A stretch of 58,355 nt of DNA, counting the filler, from Jimgerdemannia flammicorona (Eukaryota), in NCBI GenBank assembly GCA_003990765.1. It is 2 parts of 2 records of this genome, joined end to end, with 100 filler letters (N's around TTAATTAATTAA, not from the genome) between each part and the next. Parts side by side here need not be neighbours in the genome. Positions count along the whole stretch, not along the records: positions 29,229 to 58,355 come from RBNJ01000515.1; 1 more part is not named here. One strand, written 5' to 3'. This document shows positions 47,159-58,355 of this stretch, one piece after another. Made by a program: the position numbers and the translations under genes. Position 1 is the first letter of the stretch. Each line of letters begins with the position of its first letter. The notes beneath the pieces are model-generated. The model worked only from the letters and a program-made list of their open reading frames with translations, was not told where the DNA came from and did not search any database.

Positions 47159-50100
47159 ATATCATCGACATTGGGCGCGGCCTTTCTATTAAGCCTTCGG
47201 CGCCTTTCTATCATTTACTCCGCTCACATTTCCACATCCATAACCCCCTTTTTACTTCATTTGGGCCGAGTTCTTTCTTTCGGTGCTACTAACTCACACT
47301 GCTACACATCATCATCCCGCACATTTTACATATAACATTTGGGCTGGTCTTTTATACTGTGTGTTTCCACCCAAATACAGAACAATCGATCATTTATTTG
47401 AGGTTTCTTTCCTAGGATTTTGGGGTGATGCATGGTCATTTCGGTGACACGGAGTTATTGGTGTTTTATCATGAAGATTGATATCACGTGAGCGTAGCAT
47501 AGTTGACATTATGCAAAACGTAGTATAGTTACACCTCCCTAGCATAGATCGACATTACGGCAAAAACATTGAATGAGGGAGCTCGCTCGAGACCACAGAT
47601 CAATGAATGCAGGAAGGTCTTGGGCGTATAGCGCCCAAAATGTTTCAACGCCATTGTTTGTCTAAGGCGTGTCTAAATCAGGTGTAGTCTTTCCTTTTTT
47701 GGTACTAGTGCGGTAGGCGCATTACTTCTATATGTAATTCTACCATTCACCCAACATTACTTCGTACGCGCTTTACACTTACACTTTTGCGCTTCCGTAC
47801 ATTCGTATGCATTTCATTACCACCCACCTCACCCTACATATATATACATAGTGGTTGGGCCAGTCTTTTATACCATATGTTTCCACCCAAATACAGAACA
47901 ATCGATCATTTATTTGAGGTTTCTTTTCTAGGATTTCGGGGTGATGCATGGTCATTTCGGTGACACGGGGTTATTGGTGTTTTATCATGAAGATTGACAT
48001 CACGTGAGCATAGTATAGTTGACATTATGCAAAATGTAGTATAGTTACGCCTCCCTAGCATAGATCGACATTACGGCAAAAACATTGACTGATGGCACAT
48101 TTGAAGTATAGGACCTGGTCATGGAGGACACTCTTCCTCTAATTAGGCAGAGTCTGGCTATAAGGGGTCAGGGAGCAGAGGATGTATTGATGAAGAGTAC
48201 TCAGAGGGTTCACTTTGGGGTTCCTGATATGGTGAAAGGCAGTTGGGTGGTGGCAGTTGGTGAGGTAGCTGGTGAGGATGAGTTGGTGGATGTCTTGGAG
48301 AAGAGATGGGATGAGACTGCCAGTGTAGGGGTGGACACCATGATGCTTGATGCAGGGAGGCTGGAGACACCAGGAGGGAAGAAGGTGGGGAACCTGCTGT
48401 AGATGAGCAAGGTGATGGATAATCTTGCAACTGAGGAGTTGGGGGAAGTAGATCTGCAGGTGATGCTGGAGGAGCATTGGGCATGGATCCTTTATAGAGA
48501 TGGGGTAGTGGAGGCACTGAAGGCAGAGATTCTTGCAATTTTTCTGGAGGAGGAGGGATATGAGGTTGATAAGGCAAGGGAGGCTGAGCTGGTGATCATT
48601 GCTGGTAAGTGAGCTGCCTACTATTGGACTGAGCAGCATGGGTTACAACTCTAGCAGGAGGCATGCCTGGAGTATCATGAGGACTTTGAGGAAAAAAAGG
48701 ATGGGGCACTGACTAAACTTCTGGTAAGGCTGGAGGCCCAGGTGACTGAAGAGAAAGCGCTGACTGCAGAACATAATTTGGACTTGGCACAGGAGGAGTT
48801 GTATGCAGATTTGTAGAGGATGTGACTGATCAACAACATTATGCCTTATGAACAGTACAACTAACATTTTCTCTCTGAATGTGAATGGGTTAAGGGATCT
48901 GGGTGGTATAGGAACACTTTTACTTGGCTTAAAGATTGGAGGCTGATCTCATTTTACTGCAGGATGTATGGTGTAAGGATGGGGATGATTGAGTAGAGTG
49001 GACTAGAGAATTGGGAGGGGATGCTGCTTGGTTTACCAAGGTAGCGATTCTGGTGAAGAAGGGTTGAGGAGACTTGGGTGGAGTCAAGAGCTAGGGCAAC
49101 CAGTTGGTCTGAGGAGATTGGCAGTAACCAGGGTGTGAGCTGGTGAGGGTTGGCTCCTGCTACTGCTCTGCAGTTAGGGGTGAGAGGGTTGTATGGATTA
49201 GGAAGCTCCTGAAGGAGGGTATTCTCTTGGAGGAAGGAGTAGATGTTCTGGGTGGTGATTTTAATATAGTTCAGGATCCACAATTAGATAGGACAGATGG
49301 AGGGAGTGATGTAGGTGAGAGGAGTGGTGGTCTGGATGTATGGGAGAAGGTGGAGAACTTAGCTCCTTAGGGGATATGGGCTGAACATACTTGGGTGATA
49401 AGAGGGTCTATACACACTGGGTGAATGGCTTGGATATAAGGATTGACTGGATTCTGACAGCTGAATGCTGGGGTGTTGATGTTTGGAAGTCTTTAGAGGT
49501 GGAGTGGTGCCTATGGTCTGATCACTGGGAGCTATTAGGGTAGGGGTGGTTTGGGGGGAGTGAAGATGGACCTGGACATTTGTATCTTAACTCCTCCCTG
49601 CTGACTGAGAAAGAGTTGTGGGACTCATGGGTAGAGGACATCCAGGCAAGGATTCATGTTTGGAGGCATGAGGGTTTATCAGTGGGTATCCATTGGATGA
49701 GGTTGAAGGAGGTGGTAAGGGTCTATTGGGGAGAAGCTGGTAGGGAGACTGGGAGACAGAGAAGGAAGTATATAAGGTATGCTTCTAATAGGCTGAAGAG
49801 ATTGCAGATGGAATGAGTTGATTTGCTTTCTTTTGAAGAGGTAGAGGATTGGAGGTTAGAGCAGGTAAAATTGGAGATAGTAGAGCTGCAACAGGTTTTG
49901 AGAGAGGAGGAGGAGATTCATTTGAAAGAAATAGCTACCAGGCTATGGTGGCAGGGGCTCAAGGAGGGAGAGTAGCCTACTAGGTACTTGTCTAGGCTCC
50001 TCAAAGCTAGGAGAGTACAACATCAGTGAGATGGGGTCTTTGATGCTGAGGGAGATATGGTGCATGGCACACAACAGATCCTAGAGGTTTTGAAGGAGAG

Positions 50101-51112
50101 ATGGCAGGGTCTGTGGAGTAAGAAGGAAGGGGGTGCTGATGAGGAGGCAATTGGAGATACACTGGAGGAGTGGGAGCTGCTGCAGGTAGAAGGGCTGGGT
50201 GACTTGATCTTACCTGTCCAAGAGGAGGAGATCCAGAGAGTCCTTGCAGTGACTAAGCTTGGGATGGTGACAGGAGAGGATGGATTACCTTGGGACTTCT
50301 GGAGAAGGATGGTGAAAGTCCCTAGAGTGTTAGGTGAAATGGCCACCCTCTGTGACTATGTTCTTTTGAATGGTGAGTGGGTTGGGGAGCAACACTTGGG
50401 GCTGGTGGCCTTATTGTATAAAGATAAGGGGAGGTGGGAGGACTGGAAGAACTGGAGGCCAATCATGCTTCTTAATATAGACAAGAAGATGGTAACTAAG
50501 GTGATTCTTGTAAGGCTACAGAAGGTTGCCCAGTAGGTGCTGGGTGAGGAGCAGCAGGGCTTTGTAGGAGGCAGGCTTATCAGGGACAGAACTGTCTGGG
50601 TGCATGACATTATTGAAGGGGCCTGGGCTTGTGGACTGGATGGTAGACTGGTCTTCTTGGACTAGGAGAAGGCCTCTGACCATGTTCAGCAGATGTGGTT
50701 GGGCAAGGTGCTGGACAGAATTAGTGTGCCCCCATGGTTTAGGCCCTCTATATTGAGTTTGTTGGAGGGTTGCAGGGTGGTACTGATGTGTAATGGTCAC
50801 AGAGGTTTGGTATTTCTCTTAGGAAAAGGAGTTCCTCAAGAAGATCTGCTATCTCCTATCCTCTATGCCCTTTCTTTGGAACCTTTGATAGATAGGATAC
50901 CTCAGAAGGTGGAAGAGCTCTCTGTGTACAGGGTGGTGTGAAAGATGGGGCCTTTGCAGATGATATGATAGTTGGACTTAGATCAGTGGCAGATGTAGAG
51001 ACACTCAAGGAAACAGCACCTTTCACCAGTAACATTTGGGTGACACAAGACTTTGACAACACTTTTTACAATGTTTTTGGTGTCTGACGACTAACAACAT
51101 AGATGGCAACGA

Positions 51113-53015
51113 TCGATCTGGTGAGTGTACTGGCCAGGGGGGTGATGGCGCCTTTGGCTGGCAGCAGGTAGGGAGGAGGGGAGATGGTTTGGGGATGCCA
51201 GGGGCCTCGATGGCTAGCCGAGGCCCCAGCGGCAGAGGGAGGGGAGGTCTGAGGCAGAGAGGAGGGGAGAGGTTGACCTTTGCTAATAAGGTCAGGATGG
51301 GGAAGATGGCTTCTGGGCTGGATAGTTGGCTGGGCCTGGGGAAGGCATCAATGGCTACTGCTGAGGGTCAGGGAGGTGCACCCCAGGGTACTTCTGGTGG
51401 TAGGGAAGGGGCCGGAGTAGGGGCTGGAGATGTGACTGTTGATGGGGCTGTGACTGGGGATCTGGCAAAAAATCCAGATGTGACGGCGGTGGGCAATTCA
51501 AGACTTGGAGTGGGCACGAGGCCCGGGGACCTGGCGGATGGGGTGATGGGCATGGTGTCAGCCCCATTACTCAAGAAGTCGAGGTCCGTGTTCGCGGTCA
51601 CGATGTGCTTCCAGGGCTTGGCAGTGATGGTGAGGATGATTTTGGGGCTGGTGGTACAGGAGGCTAAGGGAGCGGTGTCGGTGAAGTTCTTGAGGGGAAA
51701 GGAAGGGGTTGAGGTGGGGTTTGAGGAGGAAGATGCCTTGTTGGCGGCCATAGAGAAGGGGGTGATGGTGGGTGGGGTTGTGGTCCCTATGGCCCGGTGT
51801 ATGTGCTAGGACCCCCGGGTGGTGCAGTTGACAGTGTTGGACCTTCCTATGTTGTCGAAGGAAAGGACCAGGGAGTTGGTTGTGGAGGCGATCAAGGAGT
51901 ATGGTGAGATTGTGGATGTTGGGTTCAAGATCTGGGAGGGCATGGAGCTTAGAACTGGAGACATCGATGTCAGGGTGAGACTGGCTGGAAAGAAGAATAC
52001 GGGGAAGTCAAGGGACTGGCCAGCAGTGCTGAGGTGGGGACTGGTGGAGTGTAAGGTCACTAGGGTGAAGGGGACTCAGGAGGAGGAGGAGGACCTGTTG
52101 GAGGCTCTGGAGGACCTGGAAGGGGCAGTTGCGAGGAGGAGATTAGCCTGAAAGGAGTTTGAGGCCAGGATGGTGGTGGGGGAGGTGGATGGGAAGAGGG
52201 TTTGGATGGAGAAGGGGGCCTGGGAGAAGATGCAGGGGAGGAGGATTCAGAAGGAGTTGTTGGCGAAGTTGGGCAGGGGTAGGGCTGGTGGAAGCTCCAG
52301 GGAGGGGGCTGCAGTGTTGCAGGAGAGCGCCTGGGCTGAAGGGGGAGAGATGGCTCAGGGTGGGGCTCAGATTGGAGTCAGGGAGGGGAGGGAGGAGAAC
52401 TTGGAGGTGGATGCTGAAATTGGCGAAGGTGGGGGCCCTCAGTATAGTGTTCTGAATGGGGCGGGAGGCGAGGAGGAGCTGATGGATGTGCCGGATGAGG
52501 AGTGGGATGAGTCAGTGAGGAGGAGTGCACTGGTGGACCCCAAGGTGGATGGGGGACAAATTGCTCAGGGGGTGGCAGAGGTGGTAGATGAGGAGAAGTG
52601 GATGTGGAAGACCCTAGAAGGGGTGGCGGCTGAAGAGCTGGGGGGTGAGGACTTCAGGGTGATGGAGGAGAGGTATTGGGAGGAGATCCTACATGGGGAA
52701 GAGGTGCCAAGGAAGATGAGGAATGAGATCCTGGCTGTCCTCCTGGAGTCTGTTGAGTATCTGGTTGATGATCAGCGAGAGGAGGAGCTTAGAAGGATTG
52801 TGAGTGACAGGGCACTTGTCTTGTGGAACTCGAGGAAGGGACTAGAGAAGTGGCATGCAGTCTGCTTGGATTACAGGGTGGATATGGAAGAGGTGGACAG
52901 GGTGGAGTGTCAGGAAATCTTGGGGGCACTGGATGCTCGGGATATTGCGGAGGGTGAATTGGAAGCCGAGCGGCTCTTGGACTTGGCGAGGGATGAGATG
53001 AGCATGGAATTATAG
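51113..53015 (+). pseudogene. LINE B ORF1
   Basis: Starts MATIDL. Fragments 51189-51809, 51819-52151 and 52170-53015 are one frame separated by single stops; RRM-like segment (YGEIVDVGFKIW). Confidence 0.75.
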
Positions 53016-53046
53016 GTTGAGGTCTCATCTACAATGTCTACTCAAT

Positions 53047-56000
53047 ATGAACAGTACAACTAGGATATTCTCATTAAACATTAATGGGTTATGGGGAGTG
53101 GCTAGGAGGAAGTACATCTTTGGTTGGCTTCGGGGTCTGGATGTGGACCTCTTCTTGTTGCAGGATGTTCGGTATGACGCGGATGTGAATTTACAGGATT
53201 GGACTATGGAATGGGGGTGTGCAGCAGTTTGGAGGGGGAAAGTGGGTATTCTTGTTTGGAAAGGGATGGGGGACATTGGGGACATTGGACATTGGGGGTC
53301 GCATGTGGTGTGGGGAGTATGGAAGAGGCCTGGATAGGGCTTGCTGATGGTTGGGTCTTGTTACTGCCCGGCTGAGAGAGGGGAGAGGGTGGATTGGATT
53401 CGCAGATTGAAAGAGGTGGGTTTATTGGGAGAAGTTGGGTTAGACTGTATGGGGGGGGACTTCAACATGGTACGGGATAAGGAGTTGGACAGAACTGATG
53501 GAGGGAGAGGCATGCAAGGTGAAAGTGGTGGGTTAGCGGACTGGCTGGAGATGGAAAGGTTGTGTTCTTTAGTGGATTCTGGGAGGCATATTGGTGGGTG
53601 TATATCCATTGGGCAGCTGGACTAGGGTCTAGGATTGACTGGGTTCTAACAGCAGAGTGTTGGAGAGCAGATGTCTGGATGGTGCAGGGAGTCATATGGT
53701 GTCCATGGTCTGATCACTGGAGGTTGCTTGGAGGGGAGAGGTTTGGGGGAAATAAGGATGGGCCCAGACATTGGCAGCTAAATTCTTCCTTGTTGGAGGA
53801 TAGGGCATTGTGGGAGGGTTGGGAAACAGAGGTGGTTGGAGATATCAGCAGGTGGCGGGATCAAGGACTGGCAATTGGGGACCGCTGGAGAAGGTTGAAG
53901 GTGAAGGCTCAGGGATATTGGAGGGAGGCGGGGAAAGGAAAGAGTGCTCAGCGAAGATGGCAAGTGTTGTGGGCCTTGTGGTGTTTGGCAGTGCTCATGG
54001 AGAGATGGGCAGGTGTGCTGGAGGATAGGGCTGAGGCTGATTGGCATATTGCGAGAATCCGGCAGGAGGTGGAGGAGCTCCAAGGGGTGCTACAGAGGGA
54101 GGAAGAGGAGCAGCTGCAGGGGATGGTGGCCCACTTGCGATGGCAGGGACTTGAGGAAGGGGAGAGACCTACCAGGTTTTTGTCGCGGTTGTTACAAGCA
54201 CAACGAACGAGGCAGTGGTGGGAGGGAGTTTTGGACAAGAATGGCAAGCTGGTGGTGGAGACCCCACCGATTTTGGGCCAATTGCAATCCCAGTGGGGGA
54301 ACCTTTGGAGTGAGGATGAAGGGGGACTAGATGCTCTGGACGTCGAAAGGCAGCTGGGGGATTGGCATCCGGACCCTGCTATGGGACTTGTGGCATTGGG
54401 GGACCTGTGAGTGGTGAGGAGATTTGCAAGGTGGTGGCCACTATGAGTAAAGGGACAGCCCAGGAAGAGGATGGACTCCCCTGGGATTTTTGGCAGAAGA
54501 TGACAGGGGTGTGTGAGGTACTAGAGGAAATGATGGCTATGTGTGATGAAGTTCTTTGGTCTGTTGCCTGGATTGGGGGACTGTACTTGGGGCTGGTCTC
54601 CTTACTATATAAGAACAAGGGCAGGAGGGAGGAATGGAAGAACTGGCAGCCAATCATGCTTCTGGACATGGACCGCAAACTGGTGATGAAGATCTTGGTG
54701 TTGAGGTTGCAAGGGATCGCACAGCAGGTGCTTGGTTTGGAGCAACATGGGTTTGTCGGTGGTTGGTTGATTAGAGATGGGACGGCCTGGGTTCATGGAG
54801 TGATTGAAGGTGCCCGAGTTACTGGGGTGGATGGCAGATTGGTATTTCTGGACCAGGAGAAGGCTTATGATAGAGTGTGGAGAATTTGGCTGGAGGGAGT
54901 GCTGAAGCGGATTGGTATCCCTCCAGGGTTCCAAGGTTCCTTGATCAGCCTCTTAGAGGACAGTCAGGCAGTATTGGTCATCAATGGCCACCGGGGGGTG
55001 ACTTTCCCCCTGGGCTGTGGGGTGCCACAAGGGGACCCCTTGTCACCCATATTGTATGCCCTTTCCCTAGAGCCACTACTGGACAGGATTCGGCATAAGA
55101 TTGGAGGTTTGGACATTTTAGGGGTGAACTGGAAGGTGGGGGCCTTTGCCGATGATATGGTGGTCGAACTGGGTTCCTTGGGGGACGTTGGAGAGTTGCA
55201 GAGGACAGTGGAAAGGTATGAGCGGGGTTCTGGTGCTAAACGGAACTGGCACAAATGTGAGATGATGGTGCTGGGTACTGGAATTGTCGGTGGAGATGTT
55301 ATTGGAACAGTGGTTCCAGCTGATGAACCAGTGCACTACTTGGGGATCTACTTCTTGGTGTTCAGATCTCTTCTTCCCCGGGCATAGTGGGACCGTAAAC
55401 TGCTGGAGTGGGGCGATGTCCTGATGTGATGGGGAGGCCGGCATATGTCCCTTGCTGGAAGGGTGATGGTGTTGAATGTGTACTGGATGCCGAAGCTGTG
55501 GTATGTTGGGTATCATTTGGATTTCCCACCATGGGTAGTTAAGGGGTTGTTGAAGATGGTGAGGTCATGGATTTGGGGAGGGCAGTGGAGCCAGGTTGGT
55601 TGGGAGGTGCTCACACTGCCTTTGGAGAGGGGTGGACTGGGCTTAGTGGACTTTACTAAGCAGCTCCTTTGTCTGAGGGCCTGGTGGCTAAGGAGGGCAA
55701 GTGAGCTTAGAGGTCAGGAGTGGGTGCCACTCATACAGAGGTTGTGGGAGGTTCGATACTCCCCACATGGTGGCTCTGGCGACCTGCTTGCAATGGTGGC
55801 CATGGAAGGGAGCCGGAGGATGCAGTTTACAGGCTTTTGGTGAGGAGCGGTAGATGGTGCTAAGAAAATCGGCCTTCGGTGGTGAGGTGATGAGGCCGAG
55901 GAGGTTTGGGGACTGCAGATGTGGAGATGGGACAGGCTTCTATTAGGTGGTGTTCTGGTGGAGGACTTTCAGCTTGGCGAGGATCTGGAGTGCCTGCGAG

Positions 56001-56698
56001 GCCTAGGTGGAGACCTGTGGCCAGAAGCCTGGCAGAGGGTTGGAATCGGGGAAGAGTGGAATTGGAATGAGCTCTGGCTTTGGAGCAAACAGGTGAGGCA
56101 GTGGCTGCCCCCCAAGTTCTGGTTGGCATGGTGGCAGATCCTTCAGCAGAATGTGATGCTGAACTATCGGTCTGGTCACTTAGTAGACGGTGGGGTATTC
56201 GAGTGCGAGAATTATTTCAATATTGGTCAGGAGGGTGGAGTGGTACAGATGCCTGAACATTGGCTTAGCAAGTGTGAGGTCTTGGGGGAGTTCTGGAGAT
56301 GTATAATGGATAGGTTAGAGTTGGGGGCTGGGGGAGGGGAGGGAGGGGGGAGATGGGGAGAGCTTCACCAGCGATTAGTGGGGGGGGTCGGGGACGAGTG
56401 GCTGACCCTTGGCTGGGCCTTGGCTATGTGGGTTGGGTTGGCAGGGCATTGGGTGCATGTATTTGAGGATGGGCATCAGGTTGGGGTTGGTGAAATGGTG
56501 GCATGATGGGAATGGTTGCTGTTGGACATTTTAAATAGCTGGTGGCGGAGTTGGGGTATAGGTGGGGGGTACCACAGGGGTTTGGTGCAGTGTATCTCCC
56601 GGAAGAGTGGTGGGAGGGTTCAGGTAGTTGGTGATCGGGTGGTGCTTGGGCAAGGAGAGGTTGAGAGAGGGGGGTTGGGCCCCTGGGGCATTGGTTGA
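53047..56698 (+). pseudogene. LINE B ORF2 (APE endonuclease, RT, degenerate CCHC)
   Basis: FSLNINGL, GGDFN, SRIDWVL, WSDH, LDQEKAYDRV, GVPQGDPLSP, AFADD, YLGI, GGLGL and EHWLSKC; several stops and frameshifts. Confidence 0.92.
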
Positions 56699-58355
56699 GG
56701 GGGGGGGGACATTATATTGTTAATACTATAGAGCTCGGGAATAAAGGGCAGTCCAAGAGACTATAAAAAAAAAAAAGACACTCAAGGAAACAGTAGATTG
56801 GTATGTGGCATACTCTGGGGCGAAACTCAACTGGCATAAGTGTGAGATAATGGTGTTGGGAAATGGGCTGGTGGGAGAGGATGTCATTGGAACAATTGTC
56901 TCTTCAAGAGAGGTGGTGCAGTATCTGGGCATCTTTCTTTTGGTATATAGATCTGTCTTGCCATAAGTTTGATGAGAGAGAAGGGTAGCCATTTGGGGGG
57001 AGGCCCTTCAAGGTTGAGAGGGTCGCCATATCTCCCTGGCAGGGTGGGTGCCGATTCTGAATGTCTACTGATTCCCCAAGCTGTAGTATGTAGCATATCA
57101 CCTAGACTTCTCAGCTTGGGTAGTGAAGAGGCTGACAAAGATGGCTAGAGATTAGATTTGGGCTGGGAGGAGGTCTCAGATCAGTTGGGATATCCTTGCA
57201 ACTCTGGTGATTAGGAGAGGACTAGGTCTTGTGGATTTCCCTAAGAGGTTGCAATGCCTGCAAGCCTGGTGGTTGAGGAGAGCTATTGAATTGCAGGGAG
57301 GGGGTTGGGTACTGCTGCTGCAGAGGGTGTAGGAGATGAGATTCTCCCCTCAAGGGTCCTCAGGAGACTTGCTTGCTCTGGTGGGGCTGAAGGGAAGTTG
57401 ATGGCTGCAGTTTAAGGGCTTCTAGTGGGGGGTGGTGGATGGAGTACACTGAATCAGCCTGTGCTGGCAGGGCAATGAGAAGGAGGTGCCTTGGGGTCCA
57501 AATATGTGGTGATGGGACAGATTGCTTCTAGGGGGTACTCCACTTGCTGAGTTTGACATGGGGGATAGAGTGGAGTGTCAGCAGGGTCTTGGCCAGGATC
57601 TTTGGCCCAGTGGATGACAGGTGGTGAGGATTGGTGAGGAGCAGGACTGGGCAGGTATCTGGTCATGGAGTGCTGAGGTGAGAAAGTAGCTTCGCCCCAA
57701 GTTCTGGATGTTATGGTGGTAGATGCTACAGAGGAACATCATGTTGAATTTCCATACAGGGCATCTGGTAGAAGGTGGCTGATTAGATTGTGAGGAGTAT
57801 TATGATGTGAGGTGAGTTGGGGGATTTGTGCAGACACCAGAACATTGGCTGGAAGAGTGTGAGGTGCTGGGGGACTTTTGGATAGAAGTAGGGAATTGGC
57901 TGGGTATAGAGCAGTGGCTGGATGGCAAGCAAGTCCACTGGGAGGATTTGAGATCTTGGCTAGTGGGGGGTGTGGGCAATAGTTGGCTCACTATAGGGTG
58001 GGTTTTAACAATGTGGGTGGAATTAGCTGGACATTGGCTCTTTGTCTTTAAGGAGGGATGACAGTTGGGCTTACAGAAGAAGTTGTTAAGATGGGAGGGG
58101 TTGATGGAGGATCTGCTGACTGGGTGGTGGGTGGGTTGGGGTCCTCAGGGGTGGTGATGTTGTAGTCTGGTGGAAGGGATCTATGAACAGAGTAGTGGAC
58201 AGGTGGTGATGGTATTAGACAAAGTGGTCTTTCATTGAGTGGGGGTGGGGGAGTGGGGCCCCCCTAGGGGGATTGGGTGAGGAGGGGGCTCAATGTATTA
58301 TATGGGATAGATTGGTAAATTAATAAAGGAAGGAGTCCAAGAGACTATAAAAAAA

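Larger units (their letters stand above)
42375..48088 (+). mobile_element. Ngaro-type tyrosine-recombinase (DIRS-order) retrotransposon, complete, with split direct repeats A1...B1-A2-B2
   Basis: A1 42375-42623, B1 47339-47572, A2 47572-47820, B2 47855-48088. Gag, RT/RNaseH and YR ORFs; no TSD. Confidence 0.95.
51017..56776 (+). mobile_element. L1-clade LINE B, full length (~5.76 kb)
   Basis: 17-bp TSD GACACTCAAGGAAACAG (51000-51016 and 56777-56793), AATAAA plus poly(A), two ORFs. Confidence 0.95.
40988..58355 (+). mobile_element. L1-clade LINE A (older, decayed), split by a Ngaro element (42375-48088) and LINE B (51017-56776)
   Basis: ORF1 paralogous to LINE B ORF1. ORF2 from 48848: APE (FSLNVNGL, GGDFN, WSDH) and RT (GVPQEDLLSP, FADD at ~50955), continuing after 56793. 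Ends AATAAA...GAGACTATAAAAAA at the window end. Confidence 0.9.

Overview
Eukaryotic, fungal-type genomic DNA (short GT-AG introns, fungal-style 18S 5' end) dominated by nested, C-to-T-mutated transposable elements. No bacterial features or true CRISPR system were found. Left to right: (1) the 5' half of a Ty3/Gypsy element on the - strand (1-6559), with a 2.4-kb LTR and a tRNA-Pro primer binding site (PBS); (2) a chimera of a LINE 5' end, probable rDNA 5'ETS and the first 108 nt of 18S rRNA; (3) an intact DUF4436-like membrane protein gene; (4) a ~310-bp AT-rich satellite and a small 4-exon orphan gene; (5) a non-autonomous LTR element containing a 1.2-kb poly(A) retroposon; (6) a gene fusing a 6-aa repeat, a DUF5678-like segment and a retropepsin-type protease; (7) a hAT transposase relic, then an artificial assembly linker at 29129-29228; (8) the 3' part of a second copy of the same Gypsy family (PR, Zn-finger/F-box-like insert, dUTPase, RT, RNase H, IN, 2.4-kb LTR); (9) a decayed Copia containing an L1-clade LINE, which in turn contains a complete Ngaro-type tyrosine-recombinase retrotransposon and a second full-length L1-clade LINE. 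The best leads are a ~366-codon ORF inside the Gypsy LTR (restored by comparing the two copies), the Zn-finger/F-box-like/dUTPase cargo in the Gypsy pol, and nine 22-bp repeats with unique spacers just downstream of the Ngaro recombinase. All family calls come from motif recognition by eye; no database searches were run.
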